Source of the DNA: Alphaproteobacteria bacterium
Lineage (GTDB): Bacteria > Pseudomonadota > Alphaproteobacteria > SPJN01
NCBI GenBank assembly: GCA_965229935.1
Contig: CBDDKB010000002.1
Coordinates: 322,178-386,177, forward strand
Direction: 5' to 3'
Length of the DNA stretch: 64,000 bases
This document shows positions 17,664 to 27,255 of this stretch, in pieces. The notes beneath the pieces were generated by a model that searched no databases, was not told the DNA's origin, and worked only from the letters and a program-made list of their open reading frames with translations. Within the stretch, counting starts at the first letter, position 1. Each line of letters opens with the position of its first letter. The translations under genes and the position numbers were made by a program.

Positions 17664-18326
17664 TCAATCCCCCAAAATGAGTCGTTGTTGAATATCTAAC
17701 CACGTTATCAGCGTTTTGGCGAATTCGCGGCCAAGAAACAATGTAGTCCTTGGGTGTAGCCACCATTCATGGGCGGGGACAGCACCAACTGCAACGGGAT
17801 CGCCGATAAAGTCGGTTTCGGGCATTTTTGCCCGGAAAATCAATAGCGTGCGCGGCAATTGATGGGCCGTGGTGACCAGTATGACCCGGTTAAATTCATG
17901 CTGCGTCAGCCACAAACGGGCCGCTTCGGCATGGCCTTCAAGGTCATGAGCCTCCCGATCGACATCGACGCAGCAATTGAAACGGTCAACCGCCGCGTCT
18001 GTACCCTCGCCGCCCATGATGTGGCGAATGCCTTCCTTTGTAATGCAGACGCCAACACCACTGACCAAAAGCCGTCCGGCCTTGTCATGCAGCAACAGAT
18101 CAAAGCTGCGCTCAACAATCTGTTGACCGTCTGCCATCACAATAATGCCATCGGCCTGCGCCATGGCGCTGCGTTCAATCGCGGGGCTGCCAACCTTGTT
18201 CGCAAATAGGATAAAGCCGGCAAGGGCGCTGCCGATCACAACAAGACAAAGGCCAGAGAATAGCCAGAGCCATACGGGGCGGATGACGCTTTTTGTGCCG
18301 ACAATTAGATCATCATCGTCAAGCAT
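17664..18326 (-). CDS. YdcF/ElyC-family protein (DUF218), paralog 1
   Basis: MLDDDDLIVGTK N-terminus, TM helix, VTTAHQLPRT (DUF218 SxYHMxR-like) motif. Confidence 0.7.
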   Translation of the reverse strand: MLDDDDLIVGTKSVIRPVWLWLFSGLCLVVIGSALAGFILFANKVGSPAIERSAMAQADGIIVMADGQQIVERSFDLLLHDKAGRLLVSGVGVCITKEGIRHIMGGEGTDAAVDRFNCCVDVDREAHDLEGHAEAARLWLTQHEFNRVILVTTAHQLPRTLLIFRAKMPETDFIGDPVAVGAVPAHEWWLHPRTTLFLGREFAKTLITWLDIQQRLILGD

Positions 18327-18329
18327 AGG

Positions 18330-18995
18330 TCACTGACCGATAAGGTCTTGCCATTGAAGCTTGGCCCAAACCGCGATGGTCTTGACATATTCGCCACCGA
18401 TCAACAAAGCGGTGCGGGGCTTTTTATACCAGTCCTGCGTCGGGACAGATGGGCTAATCACCGGATGGGGGTGAAGGGCAACAGATGGCATCTCATGGCG
18501 CGCGAGCAACATTGTGCGCGGCATATGATAGGCAGAGGTGACGATGATGACGTCGGTATAGTTATTGGCCGCCACCCATTTTGCCATCGCAGCGGCATTG
18601 CCGATTGTGTCCTGCGCCTCTTTTTCAATATCAACGCAACAGGTAAAGCGTTTCATGCTAGCCTGATCAGTGTCGGCAATGCCCAGATAATCAATCAGGT
18701 TTTCGGGGGTCAGCTCGGCGTCCGCACCAGTAACAAGCAGGCGTTGCGCCCTGTCCGCAAGCAACAGGTCAAACGCGGTAGCCAGGCGGCTTTGCCCGCC
18801 TGTAGGGGCAACAATGCCATCGGCTTTAGAGACCTGCGCAATCGCAATTGTCTGTGTTGCAATTGATTGCGCAAACCAGACATAGCCGCCCAAAAAGCTG
18901 CCGAGCCCTAGTAAAATGAGCGCAAGCGCCAACCGCCGCCAAAAGGGGCGAACAACGGTCTTGGTGCCGACTATCAGGTCATCATCATCAAGCAT
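18330..18995 (-). CDS. YdcF/ElyC-family protein (DUF218), paralog 2
   Basis: Start re-called at MLDDDDLIVGTK (18995), an N-terminus identical to paralog 1. VTSAYHMPRT motif. The ORF track extends to 19118. Confidence 0.7.
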   Translation of the reverse strand: MLDDDDLIVGTKTVVRPFWRRLALALILLGLGSFLGGYVWFAQSIATQTIAIAQVSKADGIVAPTGGQSRLATAFDLLLADRAQRLLVTGADAELTPENLIDYLGIADTDQASMKRFTCCVDIEKEAQDTIGNAAAMAKWVAANNYTDVIIVTSAYHMPRTMLLARHEMPSVALHPHPVISPSVPTQDWYKKPRTALLIGGEYVKTIAVWAKLQWQDLIGQ

Positions 18996-19062
18996 GTGGG
19001 TATCGTGTCTGGTTCCGGTTTGTGTCGAATGTTTTAGGCGGGCAAATGGTTCAAAACAAGGG

Positions 19063-19953
19063 TTAAACCATGTCGGCCAGTTGGTGTTTAACCTCCCTGC
19101 GCGCCATGAAAAGCGCAAGCCCCGCCATAATCAGCGGCGTTGCCACCACAAGCCATAGACCAGATGCGCCAAGCCCCGCCCAAAGACTGTCGACACCCAG
19201 CGATGTGTTGCGCGCTAACACAACGGCAACCAGCGCAGCGATGCCCATGCCGAACGTACCGCCGGATAATGTTTGGATGACAAAATGCGTGCCGAACATG
19301 CGGATGATCCGCCGATCAGATGTACCCATTAGATGCACCAAATTAACGGTCGGACGATGGGCGACAAAGCTTGTGCGGGTGGCAAAGCTGATGATCATCG
19401 CCGTTGCAAACCCGACCAGCCCAATCAGGCCCAGCGCCAGCCATGACAGGCTGCGCGCCAGTCTGACTTGTTTTGCGATCATGGCCTGATAATCATCGGC
19501 GCGAATTTCAGGGTGAAGTTTGCCAAGGTCCGCATTCAATGCAGCTATATCAAGCCTGTCAGGGTGGGCAAGTTTCACATCTATCAGTTGCGGCAGGGGC
19601 AGGGCTGTCACCGTGTCGGCATCGGGGAACCATGGCGCAAGCAGGGCGGCCATCGCCTCATCCGTTAGGGGGGTGGCGGCGCCGATTGCGGGATGATCCT
19701 CCAACAAGGCGACGACGACCGGGGTCAGCGGCTGATTATGTTCGGCTTGATAGGCATCCAAAGCCTCCGCCGTGATTTCAACGGTTAGCGTCCCTTCAAG
19801 GCCGCGCGCCCAATCGCGCGCCATTGTGTTCAGCGCCAGCCCGCCGATCAGGGCCAAGGTGGCAAGAAACCCCATCACCGCCATGACAAGCGGCAGGGCG
19901 GTTGCCTGCTCGTGAATAAAAAACAAGGTCGGGGCGTGTGGCTTGGTACTCAT
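19063..19953 (-). CDS. ftsX: cell-division ABC transporter permease FtsX
   Basis: 296 aa. 4 TM segments with large periplasmic loop, directly downstream of ftsE. Confidence 0.85.
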   Translation of the reverse strand: MSTKPHAPTLFFIHEQATALPLVMAVMGFLATLALIGGLALNTMARDWARGLEGTLTVEITAEALDAYQAEHNQPLTPVVVALLEDHPAIGAATPLTDEAMAALLAPWFPDADTVTALPLPQLIDVKLAHPDRLDIAALNADLGKLHPEIRADDYQAMIAKQVRLARSLSWLALGLIGLVGFATAMIISFATRTSFVAHRPTVNLVHLMGTSDRRIIRMFGTHFVIQTLSGGTFGMGIAALVAVVLARNTSLGVDSLWAGLGASGLWLVVATPLIMAGLALFMARREVKHQLADMV

Positions 19954-20723
19954 GAAGGATGGTCATCCTCATGCACGTCAAGCGGCAGGCTAAAAGGCTC
20001 AGGCCCATCATTGGTGGAGGGCGTCGCGGCGGCTGGTTCCGGGTCCGGTTTCCTGTCAGGCGATGTTTTTTCAAGCCTCATGCGCCCATTATCGAGCGCG
20101 ATGATTTGTTCGCCAAACGTATGCGCCAGATGTTCGTCATGGGTGGCGATGACCACAGTGGTGCCGATTTTGTTCATGGCCTCGAACAGGGAAAAAATGT
20201 CATGGCCCATTTTGGCGTCAACATTCCCCGTCGGTTCGTCAGCGATCAACAATTTGGGGCGAGTGACGACAGCGCGGGCGATGGCGACACGCTGCTGCTC
20301 ACCACCTGATAGAACAGGGGGCAGGGCATGGGCCCGGCTTTTTAAGCCGATCCAGTCCAGCATTTCCATCACATCATCTTGATAGTGTTTCGGCTGCTTG
20401 CCCTTCATGTAAAGCGGCAGGGCGATATTGTCGAACAGGCTAAGGTGATTGAGCAGGCGGAAATCCTGAAACACGATGCCGATCTGTTGCCGCAGGGCAG
20501 GCAGATCCTCGCGCGACAGGGTGGCAATGTCCCTGTCCATAAGCGTAACAAGCCCTCGAGACGCCCGCTCTGCCAAATATATCAGCTTTAGCAGGGATGT
20601 TTTGCCCGCACCTGACGGTCCGGTCAGGGCCGTAAAGCTCCCCGCCGCCAGATTGAATGACAGGTCAGACAGGCATTCTGCCCCCGCCCCATATCGTAGG
20701 CCAACATTTTCAAAGCGAATCAT
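19950..20723 (-). CDS. ftsE: cell-division ATP-binding protein FtsE, with roughly 40-aa Pro/acidic C-terminal tail
   Basis: Walker A GPSGAGKTS, signature [14 protein letters not shown], Walker B LLIADEPTGNVD. Start at MIRFENVGL (20723); the ORF-track start at 20771 is TTG. Confidence 0.9.
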   Translation of the reverse strand: MIRFENVGLRYGAGAECLSDLSFNLAAGSFTALTGPSGAGKTSLLKLIYLAERASRGLVTLMDRDIATLSREDLPALRQQIGIVFQDFRLLNHLSLFDNIALPLYMKGKQPKHYQDDVMEMLDWIGLKSRAHALPPVLSGGEQQRVAIARAVVTRPKLLIADEPTGNVDAKMGHDIFSLFEAMNKIGTTVVIATHDEHLAHTFGEQIIALDNGRMRLEKTSPDRKPDPEPAAATPSTNDGPEPFSLPLDVHEDDHPS

Positions 20724-20832
20724 GGGCGCAGCATAGTCAAAATTCGCGTGGCGCGCAGGGGATAATTGCAAAAAGCCCCTTTTCAGGGTAAGCCCCTAAG
20801 GACTATTTGCAGCCGCCAATCGGACCGCCCCT

Positions 20833-21618
20833 ATGATTATCACCTGCCCTGACTGCGAAACCCAGTTTCTGGTCAATAATGCGGATATTGCCCCTGATGG
20901 GCGCGATGTGCGGTGCAGCCGCTGTGACTATCAATGGTATGTTGCCCCTGATCCAAATGAAGATGTGGCACCTGAGGCCCCAGATGAAACAGAGGCCGCC
21001 GAAGAGGCGCCGAAGGAAGATGAGCAGCCCGCCGTGCCCCCGGTAGGGGAGGCCGCCATTGAAGAATCGGTTTCGGCTGCGGCACCCGCACAAACAGTGC
21101 GCGATATGGTGCCTGATGCCAGCGCAGCAATAACGCCGGATGATGATTATCAAAGCCGCTTGCCTGTGCCTGTGTCAGTCCGTGGGCCGGGCTGGCGATT
21201 GCTTGTCTCACTGATTCTGTTGTTGGCAGTCGCTGCAGTCAGTGGCGGGCTTTTTATGGAACGGGCGCGCGTGATCGACGCTTGGCCCCCTGCGCGTGCG
21301 GTGTATGAAAAACTGAACTTGATTGATCCGCTGCCCCAACAATCAGCGCAACCCAACGCGCCAGCGGTTCAACTGCGCGATGTGCGCCTGTCAGGGTCAG
21401 AAGACGCGCTTATGCTGACAGGGTTGATCATCGGTCAGCCTGATTACGTGCTGACTGCACAGCTTTCCCTTCGGGTCGAAGATGCCGAAGGCAATGGCCT
21501 TTATCAGGCAGTAGTGGGCAGGTCTGATTTGGTTGATGACCCGCAAGGCATGCGGTTTTCTGTTCAGCTACCCGCATTGCCAGCAACGGCCCACGGGCTA
21601 GTCGTTTCACTAGACTAA
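20833..21618 (+). CDS. MJ0042-type zinc-ribbon protein with DUF3426-like C-terminal domain
   Basis: N-terminal CPDC...CSRC zinc ribbon, acidic linker, single TM, then a beta-rich domain. Divergent from ftsE as in many alphaproteobacteria. Confidence 0.6.
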   Translation: MIITCPDCETQFLVNNADIAPDGRDVRCSRCDYQWYVAPDPNEDVAPEAPDETEAAEEAPKEDEQPAVPPVGEAAIEESVSAAAPAQTVRDMVPDASAAITPDDDYQSRLPVPVSVRGPGWRLLVSLILLLAVAAVSGGLFMERARVIDAWPPARAVYEKLNLIDPLPQQSAQPNAPAVQLRDVRLSGSEDALMLTGLIIGQPDYVLTAQLSLRVEDAEGNGLYQAVVGRSDLVDDPQGMRFSVQLPALPATAHGLVVSLD

Positions 21619-21629
21619 GTAAGCCAAGC

Positions 21630-23714
21630 CTATTGCTGCTGCGGCGGCAGGGCTTGGTTTTGCGCCATCGGTGACGATGATTGCGGCAGAATATCTGTGT
21701 AGTTCATCGCTTGGGTAAATTGCGCGCCGATCGCGGCGTGGTCTTCGTTTGCGGCGCCTTGTGCGGTGGCGGTGAAGTCGCGATGGGCTGACAATAATGA
21801 CAAGAACCGATCATAATCATCTGCGTTCAAGGCGCGGCCCTGCCGAACTGCGACGGGGGTGGGGGGCAGGTTGGTTGCCTGTGCAAGCATGCTGTTGATC
21901 GCAGATTGTGTCAGCGCCGCCATATGTTTTCCGGCCTGCCCCAAATAGGAAATGGCGTTGCTTGTCCTGCCTTTTGCGAAAGCAGATTGCGCCTGATCAA
22001 GCGCATGGCGCGCCTGAATGTGCGCGCCCTTGTCATTTTCGGCCATAATGGGCAATAGCGCGCTGATACGGGCGTCTGACAGGCGGCGATTGGCGCGGTA
22101 ATACAGTGCCTCGGCCCGTGCAATGGCAGATGTTTTCGTCAATGGCTTGAACGGCAGCACGGTCACGGCATCTGAATTTTTGTTTGCAGACCGATTGGCA
22201 AGGCGTGAGACATCGCCCATCGCCTCTTTCTGAAGCTGTTTTGTCTGTGCCAGCAGAGCACCTGTTTCTGCGATCAAGCCCAACAAGTCAGACCGTTCAA
22301 CTGTGATTGTGCCTGCCTGGGCATTGTGGATGATGTCGCGAATAACTGCCTGCCGTGCGCGGGCGCGTTGCCAATCACTTTGGGCAATATCCTGCCCGAT
22401 TTCCTTTGCAAGCCTATCAATGGCGATCATTGCCTGTTTCGGGTTAGACCCCAAAGGCGCAGGCAGGAAAGCCCGGTGCTGGCCCAGACTTGTCAGCAAC
22501 AAGGATGGTAAGTGGCGTGACAGGGCATAGCGATATTGCCACAGCGCAACTTCCTGATCCTCAGGCGCTGCATCTGGGCCAAGCTTGTCTTGCAGTCCCC
22601 TGTCAGCCGTCATGAACAGGGGGTCGGTTTCGGCAAGCTTGCCATCCTCAATCTCGGTGGCGAGTGCCATGATCAGCGGGCTTGCCTCGTCAATCTGTTG
22701 TTTGCTGGCTGGGATCATGGGCGGGCGGAACGCGCGATCAGTTAAAAGCGGCAGTCCCGTCAGCCGCTTATAGGCGACTGCAAAGCCAAGGAATTGGCCT
22801 GCATCAATATTGTCATCTTCCATATGACGTGACGCGATGGTGTGCAGGATGGTTGCAACCTCTGCCGTTTTGCCGGGATTAGTGCGCAGCTTGCCCGGTT
22901 GGGAGGCTAAAATGCGCGCCTCCGCCATGCTGTAGCGCCGCTCTGGCAGGCGCATAAACAATGGCTCAGACAGGCTTTTTTGTCCGCGACGGTCTGTGGC
23001 GGTCAGCCAAACCCGCGCCATGTCACCCGCCAAGGGGTGATCGCGCAAATCCGTATAAACCGTGTCGCGGAATGGCCCGTTTAGGTCGGCGGGGGACAGG
23101 GCAATGCTGATCGGTTCAATATCGCCTAAATCAGTGTCGGAGGCAGGGGCAATTGTCAGCTCTAACCCGGCGAGGCCGAAATCATCCTCTGCCGCGATAT
23201 CAAAGCGCAGCATTTGCCGCGCAGTGACAAAGGGTTTGCCGACAAAGCCTGCGCGTGGGGGATCATCAGGGGTGAGGGAGACGAGCCAGTCATGGCCCAC
23301 CCCATTGCCTTGGCGTAATGACAGCACACCCGGATCATCAATCGTCAGTGTCAGCCAATAGGTGCCGTCTTCGGCGTGGCTGAATTTTTGGTCAGTGTCG
23401 CGCCAGACAAGTTGCGGTGCGTCGGGCGCATTTTTGATGCGTAGCATCAGGCGGGCACCCGGTTCCAGCGTCAGAATTCTGGGTGGGTCAGCGGGTAGAT
23501 TGCCTGCCTGTGTCAGCGGGAACAGGGCCCCATTTGTGTATAGCGGCGGGGCGATCAGGGCATCAATCTCAAGCGGTTCTGTCGGCCCTTGGTTCATAGA
23601 GAACCAGCCGACAATCCCTGCAAGCACCGCACCGACAAGGCCGAACTTCACCATCCGGCCGCTACGTGCGGACGCTTCTTTTCTGTCCAATGGATGTAGT
23701 GCCTGTTGCGGCAT
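21630..23714 (-). CDS. large conserved membrane-anchored protein of unknown function (DUF4175 / TIGR02302-like)
   Basis: 694 aa. N-terminal TM helix, Ala/Gln-rich low-complexity C-terminus. Confidence 0.45.
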   Translation of the reverse strand: MPQQALHPLDRKEASARSGRMVKFGLVGAVLAGIVGWFSMNQGPTEPLEIDALIAPPLYTNGALFPLTQAGNLPADPPRILTLEPGARLMLRIKNAPDAPQLVWRDTDQKFSHAEDGTYWLTLTIDDPGVLSLRQGNGVGHDWLVSLTPDDPPRAGFVGKPFVTARQMLRFDIAAEDDFGLAGLELTIAPASDTDLGDIEPISIALSPADLNGPFRDTVYTDLRDHPLAGDMARVWLTATDRRGQKSLSEPLFMRLPERRYSMAEARILASQPGKLRTNPGKTAEVATILHTIASRHMEDDNIDAGQFLGFAVAYKRLTGLPLLTDRAFRPPMIPASKQQIDEASPLIMALATEIEDGKLAETDPLFMTADRGLQDKLGPDAAPEDQEVALWQYRYALSRHLPSLLLTSLGQHRAFLPAPLGSNPKQAMIAIDRLAKEIGQDIAQSDWQRARARQAVIRDIIHNAQAGTITVERSDLLGLIAETGALLAQTKQLQKEAMGDVSRLANRSANKNSDAVTVLPFKPLTKTSAIARAEALYYRANRRLSDARISALLPIMAENDKGAHIQARHALDQAQSAFAKGRTSNAISYLGQAGKHMAALTQSAINSMLAQATNLPPTPVAVRQGRALNADDYDRFLSLLSAHRDFTATAQGAANEDHAAIGAQFTQAMNYTDILPQSSSPMAQNQALPPQQQ

Positions 23715-23754
23715 AACATCTTGCCCCTTACCGTTCGGGCAAGCGCATGTTGGG

Positions 23755-25032
23755 TCAGTCTTTCAACCAATCCGGGATGCGATCAAGCCCGATCAAATCC
23801 TCGATAGCCGGGCGTGGGCGGATCACAGCATACTGATCACCATTAACCAAAACCTCGGGTATCAATGGACGAGCATTATAGGTCGAAGACATAACCGCGC
23901 CATAGGCCCCCGCTGACAAAAAGGCGACCAAGTCACCTTCTTGCAACACTGGCATTTTGCGGCTTTTGGCAAAGGTGTCACCTGTTTCGCAGACCGGGCC
24001 AACCAGGTCGTAGGTCTCATAAGCCGTTGAACTATCAGGCGCTTTTACCGGAATGATGCCGTGGTGGGCGTCATAAAGCGATGGGCGGATCAAATCATTC
24101 ATCGCCGCGTCAAGAATGACGAAACGACGATTTTCGCCCTGTTTCACATATATCACATCGGACACTAGGATCCCGGCGTTTCCGGCGATCATCCGGCCCG
24201 GTTCAAAAATCAATTGGCAACCAAGGTTACCGACGACTTGGGCAACCATATGGGCATAATCATCCGGGTGGGGCGGGGTCAGCTCGTCATAGGGAATGCC
24301 AAGTCCGCCACCAAGATCCAGCCTGTCGATTGTGTGCCCGTCATCGCGCAGGGTTTGCACCAGTTCAGCAACCCGGCGGAATGCAGCGGCAAAAGGATCA
24401 AGGCTGGTCAGTTGGCTGCCGATATGCACATCGACGCCGACAATCTGGATGTTTTCCATCTTGCCTGCGCGCGCATAGACATCGCGGGCCCAGCCCCAAG
24501 ATATGCCGAACTTGTTTTCAGCCTTCCCCGTCGCGATTTTTTCATGGGTTTGGGCGTCCACATCCGGGTTCACGCGGATGGTGATCGGGGCCTTTACATT
24601 CATTGACCCCGCAACCTCGTTCAATGCTTCAAGCTCAGGCTCGCTTTCGACATTGAACTGGTAAATGCCTGCTTCAAGGGCGGCACGCATTTCCGCACGT
24701 GTCTTACCGACACCTGAAAAGACGATGCGTTCCCCCGGCACACCTGCGGCCAGCGCACGGGCAAGCTCACCCCCCGATACGACGTCAATGCCTGCGCCTT
24801 CGCGCGCAAGGGTGGTCAGGACCGCCTGGTTGCCATTGGCCTTGGCCGAAAAACATACCAGCGGCTTGTCCTGTGCAGCATGATTCTCAAACGCACCTGC
24901 AAAGACATTATAGTGCCGGACAAGTGTGGCGGTGGAATAGCAATAAAACGGCGTGCCAACCTCTGCCGCGATTTTGCTCAAAGGCACATCTTCGGCATAA
25001 AGCTCGCCATTTTGATATTCAAAATGATGCAT
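23755..25032 (-). CDS. lysA: diaminopimelate decarboxylase
   Basis: 425 aa. PLP fold-III decarboxylase motifs (FSAKAN, GGGLGIPY, EPGRMIAGNAG). Confidence 0.9.
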   Translation of the reverse strand: MHHFEYQNGELYAEDVPLSKIAAEVGTPFYCYSTATLVRHYNVFAGAFENHAAQDKPLVCFSAKANGNQAVLTTLAREGAGIDVVSGGELARALAAGVPGERIVFSGVGKTRAEMRAALEAGIYQFNVESEPELEALNEVAGSMNVKAPITIRVNPDVDAQTHEKIATGKAENKFGISWGWARDVYARAGKMENIQIVGVDVHIGSQLTSLDPFAAAFRRVAELVQTLRDDGHTIDRLDLGGGLGIPYDELTPPHPDDYAHMVAQVVGNLGCQLIFEPGRMIAGNAGILVSDVIYVKQGENRRFVILDAAMNDLIRPSLYDAHHGIIPVKAPDSSTAYETYDLVGPVCETGDTFAKSRKMPVLQEGDLVAFLSAGAYGAVMSSTYNARPLIPEVLVNGDQYAVIRPRPAIEDLIGLDRIPDWLKD

Positions 25033-25163
25033 TACTGCGCCCCGCCATCAAATTGCGAAAAGGCAAGGCCCGGACGGTCCAACTTACCTTTCTTGCCGCA
25101 AGCAGATAGGGGGGCAAGCATAGTGACAGTCACAAAGGTTAGAATGACAAAGCGGGTCATCAT
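25032..25163 (-). CDS. small lipoprotein (43 aa; LptM/YifL-like): [43 protein letters not shown]
   Basis: Not in the ORF track (shorter than 60 aa). Lipobox LSAC followed by GKKGKL, resembling the CGLKGPLY region of LptM. ATGATGA overlap with the argH stop and TAATG overlap with the lysA start. Confidence 0.5.
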   Translation of the reverse strand: MMTRFVILTFVTVTMLAPLSACGKKGKLDRPGLAFSQFDGGAQ

Positions 25164-26611
25164 TGCGGCAATTCCTTTTCCACAGCATCAAGGGCGGCCT
25201 TGGCCTGTTCTGCAACGCGCAGCGGCGATGCCCCGCCATAGCTTTGTCTGCTCATGGCGCTGGCTTCAACCGTTAAGATGTCAAAGACGCTTTCGGTGAT
25301 GGCGCTGTTGACGGCCTGCATTTCGGCAAGCGACAGATCAGCAAGATCACAGCCCTTGTCCTCTGCCAGTTTCACAAGCGTCCCTGTAACGTGATGGGCA
25401 TCGCGGAAGGGCAAGTTGGCTTCCCGTACCAGCCAGTCAGCCAGGTCTGTTGCGGTGGTAAAGCCTGCGCCAGCAGCGTCCCGCAACCGTTCCTTTACGG
25501 GGACCATATCGTCGATCATGCCCGTCATGGTCTGGATCACAATCAGCAAGGTTTCAGCGGCGTCAAACACAGGTTCCTTGTCTTCCTGCATATCCTTTGA
25601 ATAGGCCAGCGGCAGCCCCTTCATGACGGTCAGCAGCCCGACGAGCGAACCAATGACCCGCCCCGCCTTGGCGCGGGAAAGTTCGGCGGCGTCCGGGTTT
25701 TTCTTTTGCGGCATGATAGAGCTGCCGGTGGTGAACTGGTCTGACAATTGCACGAAGTTAAATTGCGCGGATGACCAGATCACAATTTCTTCAGCCAGCC
25801 TTGTCAGGTGGGTGGCGCAGATGGCGGCGGCGCTTAAAAACTCAAGCGCGAAATCCCGCGAAGACACGGCGTCGATACTGTTCGCCATTGGCCGATCAAA
25901 GCCCAATGCTTCGGCAGTCATGTGCCGGTCAATGGGAAAGCCTGTACCCGCCAACGCCGCCGCGCCTAACGGGCTTTCGTTTAACCGCTTCCGGCTGTCG
26001 ATAAAGCGTGACCGATCCCGGCCTGCCATTTCAAAATAGGCAAGCATGTGATGGCCGAATGTGACGGGTTGCGCGGCCTGCAAATGGGTAAAGCCGGGCA
26101 TGACCGTATCGGCATTCGCTGCTGCCTGCCGGGCAAGCGCGCCCCGCAGCCGGGCCAGCGCGTCAATAATCTCGTCCGTTTCGGCCCGCACCCACAGGCG
26201 GAAATCTGTGGCGACCTGATCATTCCGGCTCCGCGCCGTGTGCAGCCGCCCGGCAGCATCGCCTGCGATTTCCCGCAAACGGCTTTCCACATTCATATGG
26301 ATATCTTCAAGGGCGGCAGAAAAAGTAAAGCTGCCCCCTTCAATTTCCTGTTCAACCTGATCAAGCCCCTGCAGGATCGCATCCTTGTCACCATCTGTGA
26401 TGATCCCGGTTGCGGCCAGCATGGTGGCATGGGCGCGCGATCCGGCAATATCCTGCTTGTACAGTTTCTTGTCGAAACTGATTGACGCATTGATCGCTTC
26501 CATCAAGGCTGAAGGACCGGCGGCAAAACGGCCACCCCAGATCGTGCTGGTTTGATTGGCCTTTTCATCCTGATTGCCGCTATTATCCGCGCTGCTCATA
26601 TCCTGTCTCAT
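25160..26611 (-). CDS. argH: argininosuccinate lyase
   Basis: 483 aa. Fumarase/aspartase family signature [12 protein letters not shown]. Confidence 0.9.
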   Translation of the reverse strand: MRQDMSSADNSGNQDEKANQTSTIWGGRFAAGPSALMEAINASISFDKKLYKQDIAGSRAHATMLAATGIITDGDKDAILQGLDQVEQEIEGGSFTFSAALEDIHMNVESRLREIAGDAAGRLHTARSRNDQVATDFRLWVRAETDEIIDALARLRGALARQAAANADTVMPGFTHLQAAQPVTFGHHMLAYFEMAGRDRSRFIDSRKRLNESPLGAAALAGTGFPIDRHMTAEALGFDRPMANSIDAVSSRDFALEFLSAAAICATHLTRLAEEIVIWSSAQFNFVQLSDQFTTGSSIMPQKKNPDAAELSRAKAGRVIGSLVGLLTVMKGLPLAYSKDMQEDKEPVFDAAETLLIVIQTMTGMIDDMVPVKERLRDAAGAGFTTATDLADWLVREANLPFRDAHHVTGTLVKLAEDKGCDLADLSLAEMQAVNSAITESVFDILTVEASAMSRQSYGGASPLRVAEQAKAALDAVEKELPQ

Positions 26612-26640
26612 TCTTCAATAGTGTCGGAGACCCAAGACCA

Positions 26641-27255
26641 ATGCGCAAAGCCGCACCTTTATTGATCCTGTTTCTGGCCCTAAGTGCTGGTCTATACGCC
26701 ATATTTGACGTTGATGGCAATAATGGCGACCGTGAAGCCAGCGCGACCAATGGCGCTTCGCAAGATGTGATTGGGTTGTCAGCGCGCTATTCGGTTGATG
26801 ATATGATCGGCTTTGTCTTTGCAGACAGGCTTGACCCCGCGCCTAATAGCACCTTTCAGGGGCCAGATGGGCGGACCTATGGGGTGGAATCATTTCAGGG
26901 CAAGGTCGTGCTGCTGAACTTTTGGGCCACATGGTGCGCCCCCTGCAGACATGAAATGCCCAGCCTGAATGCGCTGCAATTGGCGCAGGCGGGCGAGGGG
27001 GTCGAGATTGTGACCATCAATGTTGACCGCGATGGGGGCACACGGGCCGATGGCTTTATGCAGGAGGTCGGCGCAACCGCGCTGACCGTCTATCGGGAGC
27101 CGACGAACCGCATGGCTGGGGCCTATCGCGTGATTGCCATGCCGACGACTGTTCTGCTCGACCGTAAGGGCCGAGAGGTCGGTCGCCTGTTGGGCGCCAC
27201 CGATTGGAACAGCGACGCCGCGCATAAATTGCTTGAGTGGGCAAAGGCGAATTAG
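26641..27255 (+). CDS. tlpA: thiol:disulfide interchange protein TlpA (periplasmic thioredoxin-like)
   Basis: Signal anchor plus WATWCAPCRHEMP redox motif. Divergent from argH, the classic alphaproteobacterial argH-tlpA arrangement. Confidence 0.8.
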   Translation: MRKAAPLLILFLALSAGLYAIFDVDGNNGDREASATNGASQDVIGLSARYSVDDMIGFVFADRLDPAPNSTFQGPDGRTYGVESFQGKVVLLNFWATWCAPCRHEMPSLNALQLAQAGEGVEIVTINVDRDGGTRADGFMQEVGATALTVYREPTNRMAGAYRVIAMPTTVLLDRKGREVGRLLGATDWNSDAAHKLLEWAKAN

